Of a stretch of DNA of 64,000 bases, positions 12,233-24,626 are shown piece by piece (the first letter of the stretch is position 1; every line of letters starts with the position of its first letter). Under the pieces are notes generated by a model. That model ran no database searches, was not told where the DNA came from, and worked only from the letters and a program-made list of their open reading frames with translations. The stretch covers positions 3,844,001 through 3,908,000 of the forward strand of contig NC_043019.1 in assembly GCF_006345805.1 (NCBI RefSeq), in the 5' to 3' direction. Source of the stretch: Octopus sinensis (Eukaryota). The translations under genes were made by a program, and so were the position numbers.

Positions 12233-12439
12233 AAATGGTATACTTGTATACCATTTTTGGATAATTAACAATTGAAAATGCTACCACTTATTCAATGGCT
12301 GTTAGTGTTAGCAATCTAAAACATTACCACTCATTCTTTTACTAGTGTCTTTTACTATCGACATTTTTAATTGCTGAGATACCAGCAAGCTTGTAATAAC
12401 GAAGTTGGAAAGTTTGAAAACAAAATAAATTAAATCAAA

Positions 12440-12806
12440 CTAGCACTATGACCTGGCAACGCTGGGTCATAGTGCATATACAGCTGCATGCGTGCACACA
12501 TACATGCGAGTACTGTCCAAATCTCCAACCAATCACATACAGCTAGCTGGCATTCAATTGGCGTATCAAGTTTCGGGCATTTTGATTGGGTTTTGGATAG
12601 AAAATTCACAAAAAAGTCACTTCTATTGATTTTTTAAAAATGGCTTTGCGGAGTGACTGGGGAAATGTAAAGATGTGCACAACCACCCTTGGACTGTTTT
12701 CAATGACCATAGAAAGTGCGAGCCCTCTAACTGAAAAATTGTGGATTTGTATAAAGGACACACACACACAGACAGACATTTTGCCGTTTATATATATATA
12801 GAGAGA
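12440..12806 (-). mobile_element. Non-autonomous Helitron
   Basis: Minus strand A^TCTCTCTATATATATATAAACGG ... GCACTATGACC-CAGCGTTGCCA-GGTCATAGTG CTAG^T. Confidence 0.8.
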
Positions 12807-12879
12807 TTTCACATACGCATAAACACAATGCACTGAATTGTCTTTGCACCAAATTGTCAGGTTGCCCACACACACACAT

Positions 12880-13145
12880 GCATCATCATCATCGTTGTTC
12901 GACCGTGGTCGAGACAATGGAATTTACTATGTTACGCTAGACTTCACGGTCCATCATGGCATTACGGAGGTCCTGTTGCTGGATGCCTGTATCCCTGGAG
13001 ATTACATCAGGGTAGGAGAGTGTGCGCCCTCTGGTATCACGAGCAGATGGCTTCCAGAGGAGAAGAGTAGAAATTACCTCGTTTTCAGCTCTACAGCAAT
13101 GTCCAGCAAACTGGACTCTTCTACCTTTCACAAGAGATGACACAG
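12880..13145 (-). mobile_element. RTE-clade LINE 3' fragment
   Basis: RRVQFAGHCCRAENEVISTLLLWKP...DLRNAMMDREV; (GAT)n tail. Confidence 0.75.
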
Positions 13146-13294
13146 GTGGTAGTTTACCATATATTTGTACTTTATTTGGATGATGCTTTCACGAGAGATT
13201 TTGAGCTCTCATAAGGAGGCGAGTGTAAGTTCCATCCGACCGCTTCTCATGCATAGAGTCTGTAATGATGTTGTATTGTTCAATTATGTTGCAG

Positions 13295-13376
13295 CCTGCA
13301 ATGTTAATCTGTGATTCTTGTGACAAAGGCTTCCACGTTCAGTGTTTGTACTCACCCCTGGAGAAAAGTCCTTCAG
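13295..13376 (+). CDS. Exon 2 of DPF+SAM gene: PHD2 core
   Basis: ttgcag|CCT...TCA G|gtaagt; PAMLICDSCDKGFHVQCLYSPLEKSPS(G); phase 0 to 1, continues exon 1. Confidence 0.93.
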
Positions 13377-14414
13377 GTAAGTAAGCTAACCTTCATTTAA
13401 AAAAAATTCCATTGCTTTTCAGATACATTTTCAATGTTTGCTTGTCAACATATTAGTTTTCTTGTTGCGGTGAGCTGGCAGAACCTTTAGCACGCCGGGC
13501 GAAATGCATAGCCGTATGTGATTGCAACTAGAAAGTTACTCTCCGAAGGCAGTGAGTTGGCAGAAATGTTAGCACACTGGGCAAAATGCTTAGCAGTATT
13601 TCGGAGTTCAAATTCCACCTAGGTCGACTTTGCCTTTCATCCTTTCAGGGTTGATTAAATAAGTACCAGTTATGCACTGGGGTCGATATAATCGACTTAA
13701 TCCGTTTGTCTGTCCTTGTTTGTCCTCTCTGTGTTTAGCCCCCTGTGGGTAGTAAAGGAATATATTAGTTGCAGTACCATTCAGTGAAAGCACACGGCTC
13801 AATGGTTAGAGTGTCACAATCACAAGGTAGTGAGTTCAATTTGCAGACTGGACTGTGTTGTATTCTTGAGCAAGATACTTTATTTCACGTTGCTCCAGTT
13901 CACTCAGCTGTAGAAATGAGTTGCGATGTCACTGGCGCCAAGCTGTATCGGCCCCTTTGCCCTTCTCTTGGATAACAATGGTGGCGTGGAGAAGGGAGGC
14001 TGGTATGCATGGGCGACTGCTGGTCTTCCATAAACAACCTTGCTTGGAATTGTGCCTCCGAGGGTAACTTTCTTATTTGTTTACTGCCCACAAGGGGCTA
14101 CACACAGAGGGGACAAACAAGGACAAACAAACAGATTAAGTCGATTGTATTGACCCCAGTGCGTAACTGGTACTTAATTTATCGGCCCCGAAAGGATGAA
14201 AGGCAAAGTCGACCTTGGCGGAATTTGAACTCAGAACGTAGCGGCAGACGAAATACCACTAAGCATTTCGCCCGGCATGCTAACATTTCTGCCAGTTCGC
14301 TGCCTTCGGAGGGTAACTTTCTTGTTGCAGTCACATGGCTTTACTAGTCTTTTGTGCTGAAAATGGGCTATCTATTATGAAAACCTTCTTCCAACACAGA
14401 GATATCCATAAGTA

Positions 14415-14835
14415 GGATCTTTTCGGTATGGACAGCTGTTTTTTAAAATAATTTCCACGTAACTAAACACTTTTAAACTTCGTATACTGGTAGAATGTGT
14501 TTATAAAACATCTTTTTCTCTTGTCTTTATTGAGAAAATTCTATAGTTTGTAAGATATTTGTTGTTTGTTTTCTTCAATTTCTGCAATTTCAATCAATCA
14601 ATGACGTCTATTGAGGTAAAAAAAAACCATTCTGTGCCGTATGAATATGTCCCTCGTTTAAGAAACAGATTGGGTTTATTTACATTTGTGAAGAAAAAAG
14701 ATACCCTTCCCCCCACCCCTAACCCTAACCCTAAAAGAGATTGAAATGCAATAGATCGATACTAGGGTCATAATTATGGGTGACAATTTCATATGACACC
14801 GCTAGAAAAAACTGCTGTTCAAACTGAAAAGATCC
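14415..14835. mobile_element. MITE with 8-bp TSD and GG...CC termini, containing (CCCTAA)n
   Basis: TSD CATAAGTA at 14407-14414 and 14836-14843; TIR GGATCTTTTC / GAAAAGATCC extends imperfectly to ~30 bp. Confidence 0.8.
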
Positions 14836-17427
14836 CATAAGTATTTGTGGTGTAGGGATATTTTGGGACACTGATAAATTTTGTTATCTACTTGGACTTC
14901 TTCGATTCTGTGCTGGATGCTCATGTAAAGAGATGGGCCAAGCTGTCAGCTTGTTTGCAATCTAAAACTATCTACAACAGGAGGGAACTCACAAAACTGG
15001 TGGATGGAAGCACTCTGTCAGTTCCGCCGACGAGGGTTCCGGTTGATCCAAATCAATGGAACAGCCTGCTCGTGAAATTAACGTGCAAGTGGCTGAGCAC
15101 TCCACAGACATGTGTACCCTTAACGTAGTTCTCGGGGATATTCAGCGTGACACAGAGAGTGACAAGGCCGGCCCTTTGAAATACAGGTACAACAGAAACA
15201 GAAAGTAAGAGTGAGAGAAAGTTGTGGTGAAAGAGTACAGCAGGGATCACCACCATCCACTGCCGGAGCCTCGTGGAGCTTTTAGGTGTTTTCGCTCAAT
15301 AAACACTCACAACGCCCGGTCTGGGAATCGAAACCGCGATCCTACGACCGCGAGTCCGCTGCCCTAACCACTGGGCCATTGCGCCTCCACTGGTAACAAA
15401 ACTGGTAACTCCTGTGTGACATACAGGATAAAGTAAGGTGTGGTAAAGTTACCTTCTCAAGCCATACCCACTCATAAGGGCCAGTTTCCTGGTTTCGTAG
15501 CGTATATATTCCCCACCTGGATGGGACACCGGTCTGTCGCAGGATGACTCACTTTTTGTCAGCTGTGTGAACTGGAACAGCATGAAATGAAGTGTTTTGC
15601 TCAAGAACACGTGTGAGCCGGTCCAGGAATTGAAACCACAATCTTACAGTCATGAGTCCAACACCCTAAACACTAAGCCATGTGCCTCCACACAGGATAA
15701 AATGGCAATGATGGGATTTGAAACAAATGTTATTGCACTGAAATTCCGTGAACTTCCTGAATAAGCTGTAGTGGGTGCTTTTATGTGCCACCGGCATGAG
15801 GGCCAGTCAGGTGATACTGGCACCGGCCACGCTCAAATGGTGTTTTATTTACATGCCACCTGCACAGGAGTCAGTCCAGCGGCACTGGTAACGACCTCGC
15901 TCAAATGTTTTGTTCATGTGCCAGTAGGGTGAAGCTGGTAATGATCACACTCAAACGGTGCTTTTTACGTGCCACTGGCACAGAAGCCAGACAGCTGCTC
16001 TGGCAGTGATCTTACTCGGATGGAGCTGTTAGCTGTCATCGAATTTGGTTCAATTTCAATTTCAATTTCACTTGCCCCAACAGGTCTTCGCAAGCAAAGT
16101 CTTGTGTCCAAAGAAGGAAAGGTATGCATAAGTGGGCTGGCTACACCCCTGGCAAAAGGCCACGGGTTATGGTCTCACTTGTCTTGCCGAGTCTTCTCAC
16201 ACACAGCATATTTCCAAAAGTCTCGGTCACTAGTCATTGCCTCGGTGAGGCCTAATGTTCAAAGGTCGTTAGGCCTCAACGAGGCCTAAAAACCTTTTAC
16301 TCTGTCAAATGTAATGTTTATTTATTCACATTGTTTTTGACTAATCATTTATTATCTTGTAGCATTGAAATTTCAAAGATGTGATGTCCTATTTTCAAAA
16401 TGACACTGTAGGGTAGATGATGTGAGGGGCAGGACCTGGCCAGTTTAAATATAAAACGTGTAGTATATTTAGGTCAGATTTGGCCAAATTAAATGCTAAA
16501 GGGTTTATGTAGATATAGAAGTAGTTGATAAGGCGGCGAGCTGGCAGACACGTTAGCGTGCCGGGCGATGCTTAGCGGTATTTCGTCTGTCGTTACGTTC
16601 TGAGTTCAAATTCCACCGAGGTCGACTTTGCCTTTCATCCTTTCGGGGGTCAATAAATAAAGTACCAGTTTTGCACTGGGGTCGATGTAATCGACTTAAT
16701 CCCTTTGTCTGTCCTTGTTTGCCCTCTCTGTGTTTAGCCCCTTGTGGGTAGTAAAGAAATAGGTATTTCATCTGTTGTTACTTTCTGAGTTCAAATTCCG
16801 CCGAGGTCGACTTTGCCTTTCATCCTTTCGGGGTTGATAAATAAAGTACCAGTTTCGCACTGGGGTCGATGTAATCGACTTAATCCCTTTGTCTGTCCTT
16901 GTTTGTCCCCTGTATGTTTAGCCTCTTGTGGGCAATAAAGAAATATATAGAAGTAGTTGATTAGCTAGGTGACATAATTAACAGTGACGGAGGGTGTTGT
17001 GTAAATGCAGTGGCTAGAATTAGGAAAGAATGAAAAAGGTTCTGGGAACTCTTACATCTGCTGACAAGAAGGAGAGTCTGTCTCCAAATTGTAACTAAAT
17101 TACACGTGTAATCAGTTGCTCAACTAATTAAGCTAATAATCAGTGTTCTATCTAATTTTCATATTTATTACTTAATGTAAACAACTTACTCATTAATCAT
17201 TTACTTGTTTCAGTCATTTGACTGTGGCCATGCTGGAGCACCGCCTTTAGTCGAGCAAATCGACCCCAGGACTTATTCTTTGTAAGCCAAGTACTTATTC
17301 TATCAGTGTCTTTTGCCGAACCGCTAAGTTACGGGGACGTAAACACACCAGCATCGGTTGTCAAGCAATGCTAGGGGGACAAACACAGACACAACACACA
17401 AAATACACACACACACACACACACACA

Positions 17428-17460
<33 letters not shown>

Positions 17461-17746
17461 TACGACGGGCTTCTTTCAGTTTCCGTCTCCCAAATCCACT
17501 CACAAGGCTTTGGTCAGCCTGAGGCTATAGTAGAAGACACTTACCCAAGGTGCCAGGCAGTGGGACTGAACCCGGAACCATGTGGTTGGTAAACAAGCTA
17601 CTTACCACACAGCCACTCCTACGCCTATAATGTAAACAAAATCTGGTGTTTTTCTGATAAACATTTCCGCTTCTGCCACTGCTTGTTCCTAATTTCGTTT
17701 CCTTTTTCTGTTTTTCTGTTCTAACCAGGTGAGCTAGCTATTGCAG

Positions 17747-17845
17747 GTCATTGGGTTTGTAGTATGTGTAGCAAACAGGACATCAAGGAGAATGACAATT
17801 CCAAGCTTGTCTCCTCTTCAGAGGAATTGATGACAATAAAAAAAG
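17747..17845 (+). CDS. Exon 3 of DPF+SAM gene: PHD2 end (GHWVCSMC) and linker
   Basis: ttgcag|GT CAT TGG...AAA G|gtaagt; GHWVCSMCSKQDIKENDNSKLVSSSEELMTIKK; phase 1 to 1; alternative in-frame acceptor at 17729. Confidence 0.9.
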
Positions 17846-18016
17846 GTAAGTTGTATGTATGTACTACAACAATATTACAGTTCTTAGTGTTTTTAACAAA
17901 CTTACTAAAGTGTGAAATGTATAAAATTCATACTTATATAGCTAACAGGACAAATTATGTCAGAGTATAAGTATGTGTATATATGTATCTGCTCAGTGTG
18001 TGTGTGTATGTATGTA

Positions 18017-18581
18017 TTGGGTTGTCCGGAAAGTTTGTGCCGATTTTTAAAGGAAAGAAAAAGTCAATAAATACTTGCCATTACATTTTTAATCAACCAA
18101 ATATGAACCATTTTGTTGCGCAATGTGTCTCTATCTTTGCTTTAATTAGAAATTGCCCTCTTCCCAGAAATGAGGTGGTTTCATGGCAAAGAATTCATCA
18201 AGGTATCTTTTTAGGTCATCCAAGGAATTGAAATTTTTACCATTAAGGCTATTCTGCAGAGACCTGAATAAGTGGAAATCCGAAGGGGCAATATCTAGTG
18301 AATATGGAGGGTGGGGTAACACATACCAGCCGAGCTGCAGCAATTTTTGTCTGGTTTCCAAAGCATCAAATGCCGAAAATGAACTTTCTTATCTTCCATT
18401 TTAAAGGGTCACAGAATTAACACAGGTCATAGGAACATAAACCTTCTTCCACGAAAAGATAGCTTAAACTGTGCTCTAAATGGAGGTGTAGTCAAATCCT
18501 ATTTTATGGACTCTACGATGTTCTAAAATAAGTCGAAATATAAGCTACTATAAATTGGCACAAACTTTCCGGACGACCCTA
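18017..18581 (-). mobile_element. Internally deleted mariner element
   Basis: TA TSD; ~30-bp TIRs TTGGGTTGTCCGGAAAGTTTGTGCCGATTT / AAATTGGCACAAACTTTCCGGACGACCCTA; transposase C-terminus LGWYVLPHPPYSLDIAPSDFHLFRSL (YSPDLAPSD motif). Confidence 0.93.
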
Positions 18582-19145
18582 TATATATGTGTATAAGACA
18601 GAGACAGACAGACTGATTGATAGATTTAAAGTTGTAATTAGCAGAATTGTTAGACTTTCTGGAAAAAGCCTAGCAGAATTTCATGTCTTCACATTTTGAG
18701 TTCAAATTCTGGGGAGGTCTATTTTGCTTTCATTCTTTCAGGGTCAATATGATAAGTACCAGTTGAACACTGGCATCAATGCAATCAACTTACACCTCCC
18801 TCAGAATTGCTGGCCTTGTGCCAAAATTTGAAAACAACGTGTGTGTGTGTACATATCGTATTTGCACATTTATAAGTTGTATCATGGCCATTTATGACCG
18901 AAAGGGGATGTATATATATATATATATACTCTTTTTTTTTTTTACTTGTTTCAGTCATTTGACTGTGGCCATGCTGGAGCACTGCGTTTAGTCGAGCAAC
19001 TCGACTCCGGGACTTATTCTTTTGTAAGCCCAGTACTTATTCTATCAGTCTCTTTTGCCGAACCGCTAAGTAACGGGGACATAAAGCACACCAGCATCGG
19101 TTGTCAAGCAATGCTAGGGGGACAAACTCAGACACACAAACATAT

Positions 19146-19190
<45 letters not shown>

Positions 19191-19907
19191 TACGAAATCC
19201 GTCTACCAAATCCACTCACAAGGCTTTGGTCGGCCCGAGGCTATAGTAGAAGACACTTGCGCAAGGTGTCACGCAGTGGGACTGAACCGGGAACCATGTG
19301 GTTGGTAAACAAGCTACTTACCACACAGCCACTCCTGCGCCTTGTGCCAAAATTTGAAAACAACATGTGTGTGTGTGTACGTATTGCACTTATAAGTTGC
19401 ATCTCAGGTTTTTAAAGTTGAAACCAAGAATATGACGGCACAGCTTATGGACGAGGAAAATGTTATCTTACTGGATGTGGTGAATGTATGTATAATAATA
19501 CCTATTTCTTTACTACCCACAAGGGGCTAAACACAGAGGAGACGAACAAGGACAAACAAAGGGATTAAGTCGATTATATCGACCCCAGTGCGTAACTGGT
19601 ATTTAATTTATCGACCCCGAAAGGCTGAAAGGCTAAGTCGACCTCGGCGGAATTTGAACTCAGAACGTAGCGGCAGATGAAATACCTATTTCTTTACTAC
19701 GCATAAGGGGCTTAAACACGACCCCGAAAGGATGAAGGGCAAAGTCTACCTTGGCGGAATTTGAACTCAGAACGTAAAGACAGACGAAATCTTGCTAAGC
19801 ATTTCGCCCGGCGTGCTAACGGTTCTGCCAGCTCGCCGCCTTGCATGTATGTATAATAATTACCATAAACTGACTTGTTGTTTCTTTCCCCTTTTGTATT
19901 TCTACAG

Positions 19908-19965
19908 AAGCATGCACTTATGGACCACCGACCCCTTCCGAGTCACCAGAACCAAATCTTACAGA
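19908..19965 (+). CDS. Exon 4 of DPF+SAM gene: Pro/Ser linker
   Basis: Long pyrimidine tract, tctacag|AA GCA...ACA GA|gtgcgt; EACTYGPPTPSESPEPNLT(E); phase 1 to 2 exactly bridges exons 3 and 5. Confidence 0.8.
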
Positions 19966-20611
19966 GTGCGTACCTTTGTGTTTGAATATCAATTTGTTGT
20001 TGTCGTTGTTGTCGTTGTTGTTGTTGGTGGTGCTGGCAGTGGCAGTGGTGGGGAGACGGTAGAATGTCGGATTAAAGACCGTTGTATTTTGAATGGCCCT
20101 TTTTTCCTGGTCTCAATAGAGCAAGTTGTGGTGGTGGTGGTGGTGGTGGCGGCGGAGACAGTGGCGGCGGTGGTGGCAGCTTTAAAGAAATCATTTAACT
20201 ATTATTATTATTATTAATAGTTATTATTACGAAATGTTAAATGTAATAAACATTGGTTATAAAAAGCCGAAAATGTTAGTCGATGTGCAGTTATCTCCCT
20301 TCCTCTTCTCTGTTCAAATCGTTAACTCCAAACATGCTTTTTGATACAGCAGACCTGTCATCAAAGGCGTTCTAACCATGACCATCGTATCTTTTTTTTT
20401 TTTCAAACTTAATGTGTATTACCTAATTTAATCTTCTCTCTTTTTTTTTTAAGATGGCAGTGTTTTTGATTGGAAAGAGATTAGGTTGTAATATCCTGCA
20501 TATTGGGTGTAGGGGTTCCTTTTTATAACCTCAGGGCTGGTGAAATAAGTACCAGTGACATACTGGGGTCTGTGAAATCAACTACATCTGAAATGTATAG
20601 CCCCATGTCAT

Positions 20612-21170
20612 ATCATCATCATCATCATCGTTTAACGTCCGCTTTCCATGCTAGCATGGGTTGGACGGTTTGACTGAGGGCTGGTGAACCAGATGGCTGC
20701 ACCAGGCTCCAATCTTGATCTGGCAGAGTTTCTACAGCTGGATGCCCTTCCTAATGCCAACCACTCTGAGAGTGTAGTAGGTGCTTCTTACGTGCCACCG
20801 TCACGTGGTGGTGGTGGGGCAGTCAGGTGGTACTGGCAATGACTTCGCTCGAATCCTTTTACACATGCCACCAGCACTGGTGCCAATAAGGTGACGTTGG
20901 TAACGATCACGCTCGAATGGTGCACTTTTACGTGCCACCGGTACGGAGCCAGTTGGCTGCTCTGGCAACGATCACGCTCGGATGGTGCTCTTGGCACCCT
21001 TCTAGCATGGGCACAAGTACCAGTAAGGCAACACTGGTAATGATCACGCTCAAATGGTGCCCTTTAAGTGCCACTGGCATGGAAGCCGGTTAGCCGCTCC
21101 GTCAGTGATCACACTCATATGGTGCTCTTTGCAACCTGCTAGCACGGATGCCAGTCATCAAATTTGATTT
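20612..21170. mobile_element. Repeat family B ((CAT)n-GTTTAACGTCCGCTTTCCATGCTAGCATGGGTTGG...) (representative)
   Basis: Copies at ~3750-4130, 8795-8955, 21724-22290, 23785-24440, 29285-29690, 52630-52890; microsatellite tail typical of a retroposon. Confidence 0.8.
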
Positions 21171-21723
21171 TGATTTTGCTTTTGATTGATATAGATTATT
21201 GTTATGTAATACAGGAATGTTCATACTTCTTTCTCTGCCATGTGGAGGTGTGTGGTGAGGGTGTTGGACTCATATTAGTAAGATAATGGTTTCAATTCCT
21301 GGACTGAGTTTTGCATTGTGTTCTTGAGCAAAACACTTCATTGCTCCAGTTCACACTCACCTGAGAAAAATGCTTATTTCCTGTCACAAACTGACATCCT
21401 GTCCAGTGGGTGTAAGTAAAAGTGCCATAGAAACCAGGAAACCAGCCCCTTGAATCTACGTGAACTTGGAAAGATCTTTATCCTTATCCTCTCTGCCATG
21501 AGAAGATAGGATGTTTTGCTGAAATGGTCCATTGACATTGTTAATACAGACACCTCTCTAAACAGTATGCACTTTCTGCATAGTATTACATAATTTATTG
21601 TAATGCACTGGCATTAGGAAGGGCATCCTGACATAAAAACCACGTCAAAACAGACCTCACTGGGGCTGATGCCACATGAAAAGCACCCAGGCCAATCTGC
21701 TCCAGTTTTTTATCTACACTCTC

Positions 21724-22290
21724 AGTGGTTGGCGTTAGGAAGGGCATCCAGCTGTAGAAACACTGCCAGATCAGACTGGGCCTGGCGCAGCCTTCTGGCT
21801 TCCCAGACCCCAGTTGAACCGTCCAACCCATGCTAGCATGGAAAGCGGACACTAAACTGAGTGGTTGGCATTAGGAAGGGCATCCAGCTGTAGAAACACT
21901 GCCAGATCAGACTGGGCCTGGCGCAGCCTTCTGGCTTCCCAGACCCCAGTTGAAACGTCCAACCCATGCTAGCATGGAAAGCGGACGCTAAACAGAGTGG
22001 TTGGCATTAGGAAGGGCATCCAGCCGTAGAAACACTGCCAGATCAGACTGGGCCTGGCGCAGCCTTCTGGCTTCCCAGACCCCAGTTGAACCGTCCAACC
22101 CATGCTAGCATGGAAAGCGGACGCTAAACAGAGTGGTTGGTGCTAGGAAGGGCATCCAGCCGTAGAAACACTGCCAGATCAGACTGGGCCTGGTGCAGCC
22201 TTCTGGCTTCCCAGACCCCAGTTGAACCGTCCAACCCATGCTAGCATGGACAATGGACGTTAAACGACGATGATGATGATGATGATGATG
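21724..22290. repeat. 4 x 136-bp tandem array derived from repeat family B
   Basis: AGTGGTTGG starts at 21724, 21860, 21996, 22132. Confidence 0.92.
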
Positions 22291-23180
22291 AGGCTAAACA
22301 ATTGCCAATGATCTCTCGTATCTATTTACGTTCGCCGTTACAATAACGCAGCGTCGTACATTTACGTCTTCCGGTTTATCAAAATGAACTATGCAAAGCT
22401 ATTTTTTCATAAAGAGATATGCATGAGTTATTCTGCTCAAGTCCAAAAAAATAGCTTGCGTGTGGTACAACTCAAAACACGGTATTATGCATGTAATATT
22501 AAGGCAGCGAGCTGGGAGAATCATTAGCATGCCGGACGAAATGCTTAGCGGTATTTCGTCTGGCGCTACGTTCTGAGTTCAAATTCCGCCAAGGTCGACT
22601 TTGCCTTTCATCCTTTCGGGGTTGATTAAATAAAGTACCAGTTACGTACTGGGGGTCGATGTAATCGACTTAATCCGTGTATCTGTCCTTGTTTGTCCCC
22701 TCTGTCTTTAGCCCCTTGTGGGTAATAAAAAAAAAACAGGTATTATGCATGTAAAGTATCCGCATGTCATTGGCCTACTGCTAGTCCAATGACTTGAACG
22801 TAACCTAAAATAGCTAAGATAATACACGGAACGGTGAGCGTGCGCACCTCAAGAGATAAAGTACACGTTAGCGAACGTAAACATATGTCAGCTGCTAAAA
22901 AGTCCGTGATAGATGTAGGGCAGCTCTACATCGTATATTTACGTTAACCGCAGGTAGGCAAGCCAAAGTGTGATCGCATATTTGCGTCAACCATTGTCGA
23001 GGGGTTAAATGCTAAAGGGTTAAATCAAAAGTTTGTGTCGTAGAATGCATATACTTCCTCTTTGCACTTTCTCAGACAGGTTATAACTGTCATGTCTTTG
23101 TCTACATATTATTGCCTTCTTAGATTCTTGCCTTTTGCCAAAGTAAAAATTTTCAATATTATTCTTCATTTATATCCCAG

Positions 23181-23319
23181 AATGCAGCAAGATTTTCCAA
23201 GGAAACGTAATCTCTATGATGGACCTTACCCTGATGTCACGGACTATACTATTGAAGATGTCGTCAAATTCTTCAAGTCAAAGGGTTTTACTAAAGAAGC
23301 TTCAGCATTCAGTGAACAG
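23181..23319 (+). CDS. Exon 5 of DPF+SAM gene: SAM domain N-half (SAMD1/atherin-like)
   Basis: cccag|A ATG...CAG|gtgagt; MQQDFPRKRNLYDGPYPDVTDYTIEDVVKFFKSKGFTKEASAFSEQ, resembling SAMD1 WTVMDVVEYFTEAGFPEQATAFQEQ as I recall it. Confidence 0.92.
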
Positions 23320-23938
23320 GTGAGTCTTTCATTTGGAACTAAAGAATTGGCTGAGAGTAGCAGACTAAGCCAGTTGCCAACGTGAAAAATCAGACATCAG
23401 AGCTTGTAAAAGGCACCTGTGCCCACATCACATTAGGGCACCTGTGCCAGTTCCACATAAAAAAAACACCCATGCCAGTGCCACATTGAAAGAAGACCTT
23501 GGTGGAATTTGAACTCAGAATGTAAAGACAGACTAAATGCCACAGTGTGCTAACGGTTCCCAGCCTTATTCCCTATAAAATATGCAGCCTTGCAACACGA
23601 TTATGTAAACAAGGGACAGTCAGTGCATTCTGGGTAGCTTGAGCATTGTGGTGCCAGGGGCACATTTTTTGCCATTCAAGCAGAATCTTTGACCCATCGC
23701 CAACCTGTTTGTCTCAGATCAACCTATGATAAGCATAACAGAGTCCACAATTGACCATACCATCTTATCGGTCCATCATCATCATCATTTAACGTCCGTT
23801 TTCCATGCTAGCATGGGTTGGACGGTTCGACCGGGGTCTGTTAAGCCATGGAGGCTGCACCAGGCTCCAGTCTGATCTGGCAGTGTTTCTACAGCTGGAT
23901 GCCCTTCCTAACGCCAACCACTCCGAGAGTGTAGCGGG

Positions 23939-24440
23939 TGCTTTTTATGTGCCACCAGTACAGGGGCCAGGGAAGGCTGGCAAACGGCCATGATCGTTTG
24001 GTGATTTTTATGTGCCACTGGCACAGGGGCCAGAGGTGGCTGGCAAGCGGCCATGATCGGTTGGTGCTTTTTATGTGCCACTGGCACAGGGACCAGAGGA
24101 GGCTGTCAAACATCCACGATCGGTTCGTGCTTTTTACATGCCACTGGCACAGGGGCCAGAGGAGGCTGTCAAACAGCCACGATCCGTTCATGCTTTTTAC
24201 GTGCCACTGGCACAGGGGCCAGAGGAGGCTGTCAAACAGCCACGATCGGTTTGTGCTTTTTATGTGCTACCGGCACAGGGGCCAGAGGAGGCTGTCAAAC
24301 ATCCACGATCGGTTCGTGCTTCTTACGTTCCACTGGCACAGGGGCCAGAGGTGGCTGGCAAACGGCCACGATCGGTTGGTGCTTTTTACGTGTCACCGAC
24401 ACGGATGCCAGTCGGGCGGCGCTGGCAAACGGCCATGTTC
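23939..24440. repeat. 63-bp VNTR (~8 copies) inside a family B element
   Basis: GTGCTTTTTA unit starts at 24064, 24127, 24190, 24253, 24316, 24379. Confidence 0.92.
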
Positions 24441-24626
24441 GGAATCAGTGATAAATGAATCAGAGATAAACGGGGCTGCATTTATTCATTTACTCACTTC
24501 TTCATCAGCCCCCTCCCTCTTCACATCATGCTCTCTACCTTTCCTTATACCTGTTACCACTGCATTCCCTCCCCATCCTGCTTCAATGTTACATCGTATA
24601 TTTCACTCTCTCTCTCTCTCTTTCAG

